From NCBI RefSeq assembly GCF_002105155.1, contig NW_019028990.1:866839-886838 (forward strand): a stretch of DNA of 20,000 nt, given 5' to 3'. Positions within the stretch are counted from its first letter, which is position 1. The number at the start of each line of letters is the position of its first letter. This document shows positions 11,431 through 20,000 of this stretch, in pieces. The position numbers and the translations under genes are program-made. The stretch is from Lobosporangium transversale. Lineage: Eukaryota. Under the pieces are notes generated by a model. The model saw only the letters and a program-made list of their open reading frames with translations, was not told the origin of the DNA and ran no database searches.

Positions 11431-11503
11431 GCACAAGTCCGTCCGTCAGGTTGCCACAGAAGTAGGCATATCCAAATCCTCAGTCCATAATATCTCCATG
11501 ATA

Positions 11504-11553
11504 CAGTGGCTTCCAATATTGTCCAAGTGTTTCATTCTTCCAAAGGAAAACTA
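11504..11553 (-). mobile_element. Right terminus of a further Tc1 family C copy, inserted at TA and itself interrupted by Tc1-E
   Basis: The 50 bp are identical to the reverse complement of 14351-14400 and are preceded by TA. Confidence 0.85.
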
Positions 11554-12344
11554 CACTATCATGCAAAACTGATTCAATAATTCATTCCCATGTGCATTTC
11601 TTTTTTTCATTCCTAGAAACCGCATATGCATACACCACTCATACTTTGGTTTAATAAAGCTTCCGTCTTCTTCTACGTCATAGTGATGCGTTGTGACATT
11701 AGCTTGTCTCATTTGAATAGCTAATGACTTTTTTGTTCATGCAGGTCATTGAATCAGTTTCACATGTGCCCATTCGGTGGCCAAAGATCTTTATTCTTTT
11801 GTGAGGCATAACCTTACATCAATAGATAGTATTCCAACCATGGGCATCACTGACAGCTTGGAGTCTCTTATGGATACCTATGTTGAGTTTGCGGCAGAAG
11901 TCCACTGGGATCCTGTACCATTCAACCGATATTCGCTCCCATAGTTCATCACAGCTCTTAGCTCGCTCCGGATACCTAGAGAGCCGCCTATCCAATTCTG
12001 CCCACATGTGTTCAATAGGGTTGAGGTCAGGGGATTGTGCTGGCCACTCTAGAAGTGTACCTTCCTCTTCTGTCAGATGTACTGACTCTAAATACTTCCT
12101 AACAATCCTCGCCGTGTGCTTCGAGTCATTGTCGTGCTGAAAGACGATATCACTTTTACTTAGCCCCCAGTCATCAAGGGACATCTGTAGATCCTCCTGG
12201 AGTAGTTTGATTTAAAGTTGTGCGTCCATATTATTGTCAATCTTTGCAATGTATCCAGGTCCGTACCATGAGAAGCATGACCACACTTTAACATTACCAC
12301 CCCCAAACTTGACAGTGCCTTGCACCGACCTGCGAGTGAGGCGT

Positions 12345-12539
12345 TGCAAAAGTCAAGGTAGTGTTCTAGGGGGATCTAAGGGTGCAATAAAGGTATCTTT
12401 ATTCAGGGGGAACTATGCTACAGAACTAGATAGAAAAGTAGACCTATTTATACTAGTTAATGTCCTGTTGCAAGGAATGCTCTAGAAATATGGGCGAAAT
12501 ACTATGTTGCACAAAATTATTATAGTGATTTCGCTTGCA
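12345..12539 (-). mobile_element. 195-bp solo LTR-like element, copy 2
   Basis: Reverse complement of 10270-10464, with no difference found by eye; TSD GGCGT (12340-12344 and 12540-12544). Confidence 0.92.
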
Positions 12540-12785
12540 GGCGTCCCGGATTGTCGTCCCAGATCCACTGCACGCCATCAGAGCAGATTCGGTTTATTTT
12601 CGATTCATCTGACCAAATAACCTTTTTCCAATCTTCCAGAGTCCATTCCTTATACTTTTTGATAAAATGCAAACGAGCTTTAATATGCCGTCGACGTAAA
12701 GCTGGCTTATGTACACGCCTCTTTGCTGTCAATCCTAACTCCTTGAGCCGTCGTCTAACGGTGGTCTCAGAAACAGCCGCTGGTA

Positions 12786-14400
12786 CAGTGGCTTCCAAAT
12801 TTGTCCAAATGTTCCACGCTCATGTTTTCCATCTTGATTAGAATAATAGCGATGGTTGCTTGCACTTTTATTTTTATCAGAGTAAACAAGTATGCCAATG
12901 ATACGTGGACTGGTTCAGTTTAAAATATCTCTAGTCTCATTCACCATGGTTTTTCATTGACAAAAGTATTTAATCTCATTTGGACAATTATATAACCATC
13001 ACTTATTTTACGCACCTTTGCTGAATTTTTTTCAAATTATCTCCCACACACTTGAGTAGATACTCTTCACCTACACTCTTCTAGGAGCCTACGTTACTCT
13101 TTCTAAACACTCCAAAGATGAAGCCAATCAAAGCTTCCGTTGTTGAGGATGCTCTCCATTTACTCGAGCAGCACAAGTCCATCCGTCAGGTTGCCACAGA
13201 AGTAGGCATATCCAAGTCCTCAGTCCATAATATCTCCAAGACATTAGGGCCTGCCAGGAGTAAAAGTAGAGCTGGTCGGCCACGGAAGTTCGATTACCGG
13301 AATGCATATTATATTCGATTGTTGCTTCACCGTGGTGTAGTCTCATCAGCTGTCCATGCTACCAGACTCTATAACGATTAGAACGAAGATCCGGTGTCAG
13401 CTAATACGGTGCGTCGGGCGCTGAGAGATATAGGCATGGAAACTAAAAAAGCCGTCAAGAAGCCTAGGTTAACAAAACGTCAAAAGAAAGCTCGACTGGA
13501 CTTTGCTCTCCAGCACAAAGACTGGACTGAAGCTGATTGGAAGCGAGTAATTTGGTCCGATGAGTCCAAAATTTGTAGGATATCTTCTGATGGCATGCGC
13601 TATGTTTGGGTGGAACAAATAAAGAACCAAAGGTGAAGGCGGCCGATATTGACCCAAAGTTAGTTTCGCCCCCAGTCAAACATGGTGGTGGTTCGATCAT
13701 GGTTTGGGGCTGCATGACGTGGGATGGGCCAGGCTACTTGGCCAAGATCGACTCCACGCTGGACTCCGAGCTGTATATTCGTATCCTCCAGGACGAGTTA
13801 TTGAATACTGTGGATTGGTACAACATTGATCCAGAGCAATTTATCTTCCAACAAGACAATGATTCTAAGCACACGGCTAAGAGAGTCACAACCTACCTTG
13901 CCTCTATTGGATTGACAAGAGCGTCAGGTAGAATACTGACATGGCCTGCCAATTCACCAGACCTAAACCCTATTGAGCATTTGTGGGATCATTTAAAAAA
14001 AAAAATTCGCGAACATGGGACCATTCCAGAAGGCATGCTGGAACTCTGGGAAAGAGTGAGCCAGATATGGGAGGAGGAGACACCGAAGGAGGTCTGCCGC
14101 AATCTGATAAGAAGTATGCCTGAGCGGATGTTAGCAGTCATAAGGACGAAAGGGGGCAATACGAAGTTTTGATAGGTGAAAAAAAACGATGGTTAAAAAA
14201 TTGTCCAAATGAGAGGAAAATTTCAAAGTAGTGAAAAGCTATCAGAAACAAGCAGGAGCGCTAATAGGTTTTGAGCAAATAAAGTATGTCTTCCAGGTTG
14301 CTCCCATCTAGGATCCAAGGGCACAAGCGCTGCTCACTGTTGAACACTTATAGTTTTCCTTTGGAAGAATGAAACACTTGGACAATATTGGAAGCCACTG
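12786..14400 (+). mobile_element. Tc1-like transposon family C, full length (1615 bp)
   Basis: TA|CAGTGGCTTCCAAATTTGTCCAAATGTT ... AACACTTGGACAATATTGGAAGCCACTG|TA; its removal restores the Tc1-E reading frame. Confidence 0.94.
13118..14172 (+). pseudogene. Tc1 transposase (DD39E) with a premature stop and a frameshift
   Basis: TAG at 13379-13381 and a 1-bp frameshift near 13620. Motifs AGRP, IWSDESK, KHGGGSIMVWGC, QQDNDSKH and WPANSPDLNPIE. Confidence 0.92.
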
Positions 14401-14826
14401 TATGAGCTGGTTGGCTCTGACGGTGGCCTCAACTGCAGACTTGAGTGTACCTCGTTTCATGTACACCTTAAGATACTGCATGATACCTCTAGGTACTTTC
14501 CTTGGTCGACCGCCTTTATTGACTGGCATGTACTCCTTATTATGTGCATAGATCCTGGTGGCCGTCGCTATTGATATACCCACACTAGCAGCAGTTTCTC
14601 TAGTAGACATGCCTCCCATCATTAACCTCCTGGCTTCGTTGACTTTCCTTTGTGGAGTGGGTCTCATATTCTGTGAAGGTATAGTTAAGAGAGAGTGAAG
14701 CAAGTGTTCATAAAGGAAAGAGAGAAAAGTCCTTTTTTTACTGGCATTAAATGACGTCCAAAAGTTGTCATGGGCAACATTTTAGACCACATGTGAAACT
14801 GATTCAATGACCTGAATGAACAAAAA

Positions 14827-15039
14827 TGCAAACGTGTTATACAATACTGACTCAAACCTTTGAGGAGGGCTCAACTATCACGCGCACCCCAGGCGCCAAG
14901 ACGCCAAGCCCAAGTGCCAAGACACCAAGCCCCAACCCTATCAATTATCAGTATAAATAGTCCACTACGTTATAGCCAAATAAAGTATCCTTTGACCTTC
15001 GATTCCACCTAAGATCACCTTTGATTGTTACTATTTACA
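14827..15039 (+). mobile_element. Solo LTR, 213 bp, inside the Tc1-E TIR
   Basis: TGCAAA...TTTACA termini. The TSD is AAAAA: the 6-A run of the opposite TIR appears here as 5+6 A. AGTATAAATAG then AATAAAG, as in the 195-bp family. Internal (GCCAAG)-like tandem repeats at 14892-14935. Confidence 0.85.
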
Positions 15040-15227
15040 AAAAAAGTCATTAGCTATTCAAATGAGACAAGCTAATGTCACAACGCATCACTATGACGTA
15101 GAAGAAGACGGGAGCTTTATTAAACCAAAGTATGAGTGGTGTATGCATATACGGTTTCTAGGAATGAAAAAAAGAAATGCACATGGGAATGAATTATTGA
15201 ATCAGTTTTGCATGATAGTGTATAACG

Positions 15228-15345
15228 CTCATACTTCAAATTAATAAAGCTCCCGTCTTCTACGTCATAGTTATGTGTAGTGACATTGTCTTGTCTCATT
15301 TAGAAAACTAATGACTTTTTTTTACAAGTAGGTCGCTCATACAGT
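15228..15345. mobile_element. Diverged fragment of a Tc1-E-related TIR
   Basis: Similar to about 11638-11760 (TTAATAAAGCTCCCGTCTTC, CTTGTCTCATTT, CTAATGACTTTTTT). Confidence 0.7.
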
Positions 15346-15609
15346 TTTGGAGGTGCCATTTGGAGATCAATGCCTATGAGAGGTTTTCGCTCGGAGCAAA
15401 CGCGTCTCACCTGCTACCTAGACGTCTTCAATAAATCATTCCCTAACCGTGTACATTGAAGGCTGTTTTGTGAAGATGTCATCGCCGCTGTCCTTAGTAC
15501 CTCCGGCGGCATTAGCTGTGCAAGGCAATGTATCCACAGAACGCTGCTTGTTTTACCACTGATGTTATGACCCTGTTTATCAAAAAAAAAAAAAAAAAAA
15601 AAAAGTAAT

Positions 15610-15889
15610 GTATTTGGCAGCCCAGCTGCCACCCAAGAGTGCGAAGTTAAGTGGCAGCCCCCAGAAGTAGGCTGCCAAATAGAGGCAAAAATGGATGAAG
15701 TTATTTGCACGGGCCCGTACACCCCTTATTTGTACGGCCCCCGTGCAAATAAATTTTTACTTATAAAAAAAATTATTTGCACTGCCCCGTATACACTCTA
15801 TTTACACTGCTCCCCCCGTACAAATAAAAAAAAGTTATTTGCACGGGGGGTCTTTTTTTTATTTGCACGGGGTCTCTTTTTCATCTACA
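15610..15889 (-). mobile_element. hAT-like terminal fragment with TTTGCACGG subterminal repeats, copy 1
   Basis: Repeated ATTTG(C/T)ACGG in both orientations; inverted homologue at 17319-17545; the end resembles TAGGGATGAAA in degenerate form. Confidence 0.6.
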
Positions 15890-17318
15890 AGCAGCAACGT
15901 GTATCCTACAGACTACATGATTCTGGCTTTATATAAATAAGTGGAGGTGAGTCTAGAGTAGAGAGGGGTCTGGAATTATTACTGGTGGAAGTTGCAGCGC
16001 CGTGGGAGCTGCCAAACAGCTCATTTGTGACATACAAAAATACTACCATTAGACCCATATAGCGTATACGATGATTTAAATTACCACTCACGTGGGGCAG
16101 ACAAGAACCCTCTCTTTGTCCTCCTTCTTAGTTGGTGCAATGTTTTAACCTAATTGATATAACTTACTATGTAATATGGAGCTAAAGTTCAATAAATTTA
16201 CCCTTTTATTAATGAGGCAATGTGGATAATCACTGAAGTTTTTGGGCAGTACAGGCTGAGGGAAAACGGCAAGAAATAAGATTGAAGACAGTGCTTCTCT
16301 TCATTACCATTTCAAGTGATTGTACAATATGAAGCTGGTCCTTTAGACGCAGTGAGCATCTACATGTGCTGCTGAGTATGCAATACTGCGTGCTAAAGAC
16401 GAACCAAGGTAAGTTGGCTATGATAATAAACTTGGAATGTAATGAGACAAAACTAAGGATTGTTGCGATTAGCAGTCATTTATATGGGTTTTTACTATAG
16501 CTAAGGTTTTTACCCTTTTTATTTAACGAAGATCCCTGGATCATAATAAAGACATCTTTTTTTCGTTCTCGCTAATTATTATGACCCTGGCATATTTCAA
16601 TAACAGAAAAGAATATTTATGTCTCTTTTCTATCACTATTAGTCACGGTTACGCTATTAAAGTATTTTAGCCACTTAGATATAGAGATATAGGTGATTGT
16701 GGCACGATCGGCTTTGAGTGCGAACTGTCACCAACTATCAAAAGACAAGTAATATCGGGTAAGAGGATAGATATTCCACAAAATAAGCTGAGGTCTACCC
16801 ATTGTATTTTGATGAATTTGATAAACAAAATAGTACCGAGGGCGCTTGAGTTCTTAATAAAGGACGACAGAGATAAGGACATCTAAGAGGAAAGAAAGAG
16901 ACTAGTAACATGGCGCGCTATGCATCATAGCAATGAGTATGGTAGTATGATTGGTTGTACATCTACCGACACAAACTACACGTTAGAGATTCCTAATAAC
17001 TGAATTCATCGTTGTGTGCTTAATAGTGTACGGAAATACCTAAGATGTATGCACGCGTTAAATGAAAGAAAGCATCGGGGAACCATCCACAATCTATAAC
17101 AATGCAACCAACAAAAGTGCAAAGTAAAGCTGCATAGTATATTTCAACTATAGATAAATCATTTGTAATTCTGTATTTAGTCCCAGTCGCATAAAGAATG
17201 CCAACATCTACTCTGAGCTACATACGAACTTGATAAGATATTCTGGTCAGTATTTGATGCTTAGGCAGCGGCTCTAGATCTAAGCCTGTGTCATGGAAGG
17301 CTTCCTGGTTATGGTGTT

Positions 17319-17545
17319 TAGGGCTAAAATAAAGACCCCGTACAAATAAAAAAAAAGACCCCCGTGCAAATAATTTTTTTTTATTTGCACGGGGGGAGCG
17401 GTGTAAATAAGGTGTGTACGGGGCAGTGCAAATAGATTTTTTAAATATTTGTACGGCCCCCGTGCAAATAAGAGGTGTACGGGCCCGTGCAAATATCTTT
17501 TTTCGGCAAAAATTACTATATTTGGTAAGGGTTGCCAAATAGATT
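17319..17545 (+). mobile_element. hAT-like terminal fragment with TTTGCACGG subterminal repeats, copy 2
   Basis: Starts TAGGGCTAAAATAAAGACCCC (TAGGG is a common hAT terminus) and aligns with the reverse complement of about 15700-15889. Confidence 0.62.
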
Positions 17546-17577
17546 AATCCTACCAAAAACTCGTTGAAACAAAATGG

Positions 17578-17660
17578 TGAAGAGAGTGGGATTCGAACCC
17601 ACGCCTACGAATAGACCGCGGCCTTAACGCGGCGCCTTAGACCAACTCGGCCATCTCTCC
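17578..17660 (-). tRNA. tRNA-Leu(AAG), 83 nt, intronless
   Basis: GGAGAGA/TCTCTTC acceptor stem, A-box TGGCCGAGTTGG, anticodon arm CCGCG-TTAAGGC-CGCGG, long variable arm, T-arm GTGGG-TTCGAAT-CCCAC, discriminator A; followed by CCA then TTTT. Confidence 0.97.
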
Positions 17661-17674
17661 ATTAAGATCTTGTG

Positions 17675-17966
17675 TGAAAAAATCACTGTCTTAAGAACCG
17701 GGGGGTTATACTGAGATGCCCTTAAAAACCGCAACGAGACGCAAATACATAGAACACACTGAAGTGTTGTACCAAGATAAAGGTAAGGAACACTTCAGGG
17801 ACGGAGAGTCCACTATTTATTATAGCGGGGAGGATCGGGTGGCTGAGCTCACGTCCAGGCAGGACGGGGTGGGTTTGAGGGTACCACTATAGGTATACCT
17901 CTGGTCCTACCTACCATGACGTCACTTGTTATAGGACGTGAGCTTAAGTTGCCTCGATTTAGGACA
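17675..17966. mobile_element. 292-bp solo LTR, copy 1, 14 bp upstream of tRNA-Leu
   Basis: TG...CA termini (TGAAAA...GGACA); 4-bp TSD TGTG (17671-17674 and 17967-17970). Confidence 0.82.
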
Positions 17967-17968
17967 TG

Positions 17969-18353
17969 TGTCGTAGAGCATCTACTAGTGATCTCTGGAA
18001 ACTAGTAGGTAATAATGAAAAATGAAGAATTGGGCAAGAGCCTCGTGGTTTTGGGATACGATAGTGATCCTAAGTAATGCTTTGAATGATTTTGAGGATG
18101 CTGCAAAAGGGCATCGATAATAAGAAGAGAGATCTTTAATAACTGCTAATTTTCTGAGAATTCATAATGAGAATAATGAAGATAAACTCACCTGCAAAAG
18201 GGCATCGATAATAAGAAGAGAGATGCCGTTTTTGCAGTGAAGGAAAAAGCTACTTAAATACTATTTAAAAATGGTAGAAAATAGGATGATAGGAAATAAA
18301 TAAATTGAAAGGAAATACATATTTAGGTAAATGAATAGGCGTCATTTACGACA
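17969..18353. mobile_element. 385-bp solo LTR of a second family, at the same tRNA-upstream site
   Basis: 7-bp terminal IR TGTCGTA...TACGACA. The 4-bp TSD CTTG (17669-17672 and 18354-18357) is apparent once copy 1 is removed. Internal 33-bp direct repeat at 18101-18133 and 18192-18224. Confidence 0.8.
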
Positions 18354-18357
18354 CTTG

Positions 18358-18649
18358 TGTCCTAAATCGAGGCAAGTTAAGCTCACGTCCTATAACAAGT
18401 GACGTCATGGTAGGTAGGACCAGAGGTATACCTATAGTGGTACCCTCAAACCCACCCCGTCCTGCCTGGACGTGAGCTCAGCCACCCGATCCTCCCCGCT
18501 ATAATAAATAGTGGACTCTCCGTCCCTGAAGTGTTCCTTACCTTTATCTTGGTACAACACTTCAGTGTGTTCTATGTATTTGCGTCTCGTTGCGGTTTTT
18601 AAGGGCATCTCAGTATAACCCCCCGGTTCTTAAGACAGTGATTTTTTCA
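18358..18649. mobile_element. 292-bp solo LTR, copy 2, inverted relative to copy 1
   Basis: Reverse complement of 17675-17966 with one mismatch seen; flanks CTTG and TTTG (4-bp TSD with one mismatch). Confidence 0.8.
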
Positions 18650-18877
18650 TTTGAAGTGGAAAGATCTGTTAATGATACCAAAGATTGACAGAAAATGAAC
18701 AAAATGATAATAAAAAGCTGGACGAAGTGCTAAAAGATGATTTCATAAATGGACAATGCGCGCAAAAAACTCTTCTCCGTACACCATCGGATACGCTACA
18801 TTTACACATTCCCTCTCTATACACACCCCTTCCACACCCCCTGTTAGCGCACAAGAGTGCCAACGGCATCACTCATC

Positions 18878-19937
18878 ATGGAACCTGCATTAGGAAAAAA
18901 TCAGCAACATGATCCACCCAATTTGGACAGAAATGTCCCTCATTCGAAAAGAGCTCGCATTCCAAATAGCGGAATCGGATCTCAAAGACAGCCCAACAAC
19001 CAAGAAGTCGGTCCCGCAAGCGGCATAGAGGCGAGCGGGAGCTGCGTTGACGAGGGAACGGGCTCTAAGAGCCGTCCTTCGTATAACCGCAGCCTGGGTG
19101 CAAACGGCTTGCGTGCAGCTACACAAGAACAGGACGCAATGGACGAAGACGATGACGCAATGGCCACTGTGGGAGTCACAGAATGGCAGGAAGTGAGACG
19201 CACCAAGGATAGGCTGAAGGCGACCGGCGTCTTCCTCGAGGACCTTTATGGAACAACGGTTGCCGAAAAAAAGAAAGACCTGGAAACAGTCTTGTTGGAT
19301 GCTGCCATCTATTGCACAGATGCAAAAGTCAAGGTAGTGTTCTATAGTGATTTCGCTTGCAACAGAAGGACCACACAAGGTCAAAGTCAATGGATATACT
19401 GCTTTCCGTGTTGCTGTTGAGGATCAACCATCCCTGACAGCGCTCCTGGAAATGACTGCTACACACAAAGATGAAGACGGAAATGAACACGAAGTCCCAT
19501 TGTTTTTTGAAATGAATACCGACACCCGTGAACGTGAACTGGAACGCACAGTGGAGGTTTATGGTATTGCTCCTAGGACTCCGGAATTCCTTATCAAGTC
19601 AGCAATGCTGCAGTTCGGTACTATTGAAAAGATTGCAACCCGCCCATGCTCCAAGGGAGTCAAGATCACCGCAGCAGTAGTTTATAACAATGTTGAGGAC
19701 GTCACAAAATTCAAATTGGCCAACCGGGAGCACGTCTTCATTGGAAAAGAACTCGCGCGCATCCGCAAAATCGGCAATGAACGAGTCGAGTGGACATTGA
19801 CACACGTCGCAAAAATCTCAGGTCTCCCTTTTGGAACGACAGACAAGGACTTGGAGCCTCTCCTTGGAGAAAAGCAAGCGAATTTCGTCAAAGTGCCACG
19901 CTATTTTTCAAAAGACGGGAAGAAATGGCAATATCAA
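18878..19937 (+). pseudogene. Non-LTR retrotransposon (LINE) ORF1-like protein with RRM-like domains, disrupted, 3'-partial
   Basis: Removing 19321-19366 gives a continuous ORF: a low-complexity N-terminus, then RTVEVYGIAPRTPEFLIKSAMLQFGTIEKI and AKISGLPFGTTDKDL (tandem RRM-like repeats). It is intronless and has a pyrimidine-rich leader. The family assignment is by resemblance only; ORF2 is not in the window. Confidence 0.72.
19321..19361 (-). mobile_element. 41-bp internally deleted derivative of the 195-bp element (copy 3)
   Basis: TGCAAAAGTCAAGGTAGTGTTC-TA-TAGTGATTTCGCTTGCA retains both termini; TSD ACAGA (19316-19320 and 19362-19366). Confidence 0.9.
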
Positions 19938-20000
19938 TGCAAAAGTCAAGGTAGTGTTCTAGGGGGATCTAAGGGTGCAATAAAGGTATCTTTATTCAGG
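19938..20000 (-). mobile_element. 195-bp element, copy 4, cut by the window end
   Basis: The 63 bp are identical to 12345-12407; the predicted TSD is ATCAA. Confidence 0.9.

Larger units (their letters stand above)
8392..11503 (+). mobile_element. Truncated copy of Tc1 family C (5' UTR plus first ~41 codons), split by Tc1-B and a solo LTR
   Basis: Segments 8392-8516, 10810-10928 and 11431-11503 join to match about 12934-13240. ATG at 10871 (MKPIKASVVEDALRLLEQH). Confidence 0.88.
11819..14667 (-). pseudogene. Tc1 transposase (DD39E) interrupted by two insertions and one in-frame stop
   Basis: Segments 14667-14401, 12783-12540 and 12339-11819 join in frame (…ANQLI|PAAVSETT…DNPGRL|TRRSVQGTVKFGGG…) to 343 codons. 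TAA at 12212-12214. Motifs KGGRP, IWSDESK, QHDNDSKH and WPAQSPDLNPIE. Confidence 0.9.
11554..15220 (-). mobile_element. Tc1-like transposon family E, full length, about 215-bp TIRs, carrying Tc1-C and two solo LTRs
   Basis: TA|CACTATCATGCAAAACTGATTCAATAA ... TTATTGAATCAGTTTTGCATGATAGTG|TA. Arms 11554-11768 and 14788-15220 are near-identical once the 14827-15039 insert is removed. Confidence 0.93.

Noticed and set aside
11504..14400. One composite element bounded by a perfect 50-bp inverted repeat
   Set aside because: Both are right ends of family C; 14400 pairs with 12786, and removing 12786-14400 restores the Tc1-E frame.
12786..14400. RIP mutation, or programmed readthrough/frameshift, in the Tc1-C transposase
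   Set aside because: Repeat copies are near-identical without dense C-to-T changes; one stop plus one 1-bp loss is ordinary decay.
15400..15604. Minus-strand exon after a poly(T) tract
   Set aside because: All three frames contain stops or lack recognisable similarity, so a gene call cannot be supported.
18101..18224. Minus-strand intron (CAG|GTGAGT...GCAG) formed by the 33-bp duplication
   Set aside because: It lies inside the 385-bp LTR with no ORF; internal repeats are common in LTRs.
17675..18649. Single foldback/MITE with about 300-bp TIRs
   Set aside because: No TSD flanks the whole unit, whereas each of the three parts has its own TG..CA ends and 4-bp TSD.
19321..19366. Introner-like spliceable insertion (AAG|GTAGTG...ACAG)
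   Set aside because: The intron would be only 32 nt and its removal leaves 14 extra nt, still out of frame.

Overview
Eukaryotic, intron-rich DNA, most likely from an early-diverging (Mucoromycota/Mortierella-like) fungus; the taxon is an inference. Bases 1-4527 hold two host genes on the + strand: a 5'-truncated MMAA/MeaB GTPase (with a 5-nt micro-exon) and a sphingosine/long-chain-base kinase with a C-terminal hydrophobic anchor. From about 5.7 kb onward the window is mostly nested transposons. There are four Tc1-like families: two DD34E (one with an intact 343-aa transposase) and two with an unusual DD39E spacing. There are also hAT-like non-autonomous ends, seven TG...CA LTR-like insertions (six with exact 5-bp TSDs, one cut by the window end) and the interrupted RRM-type ORF1 of a LINE. 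The strongest signal is next to a tRNA-Leu(AAG) gene. What looks like a 1-kb foldback resolves into three solo LTRs of two families with 4-bp TSDs, stacked at one target 9-14 bp upstream of the tRNA. This points to tRNA-gene-targeted LTR retrotransposons.
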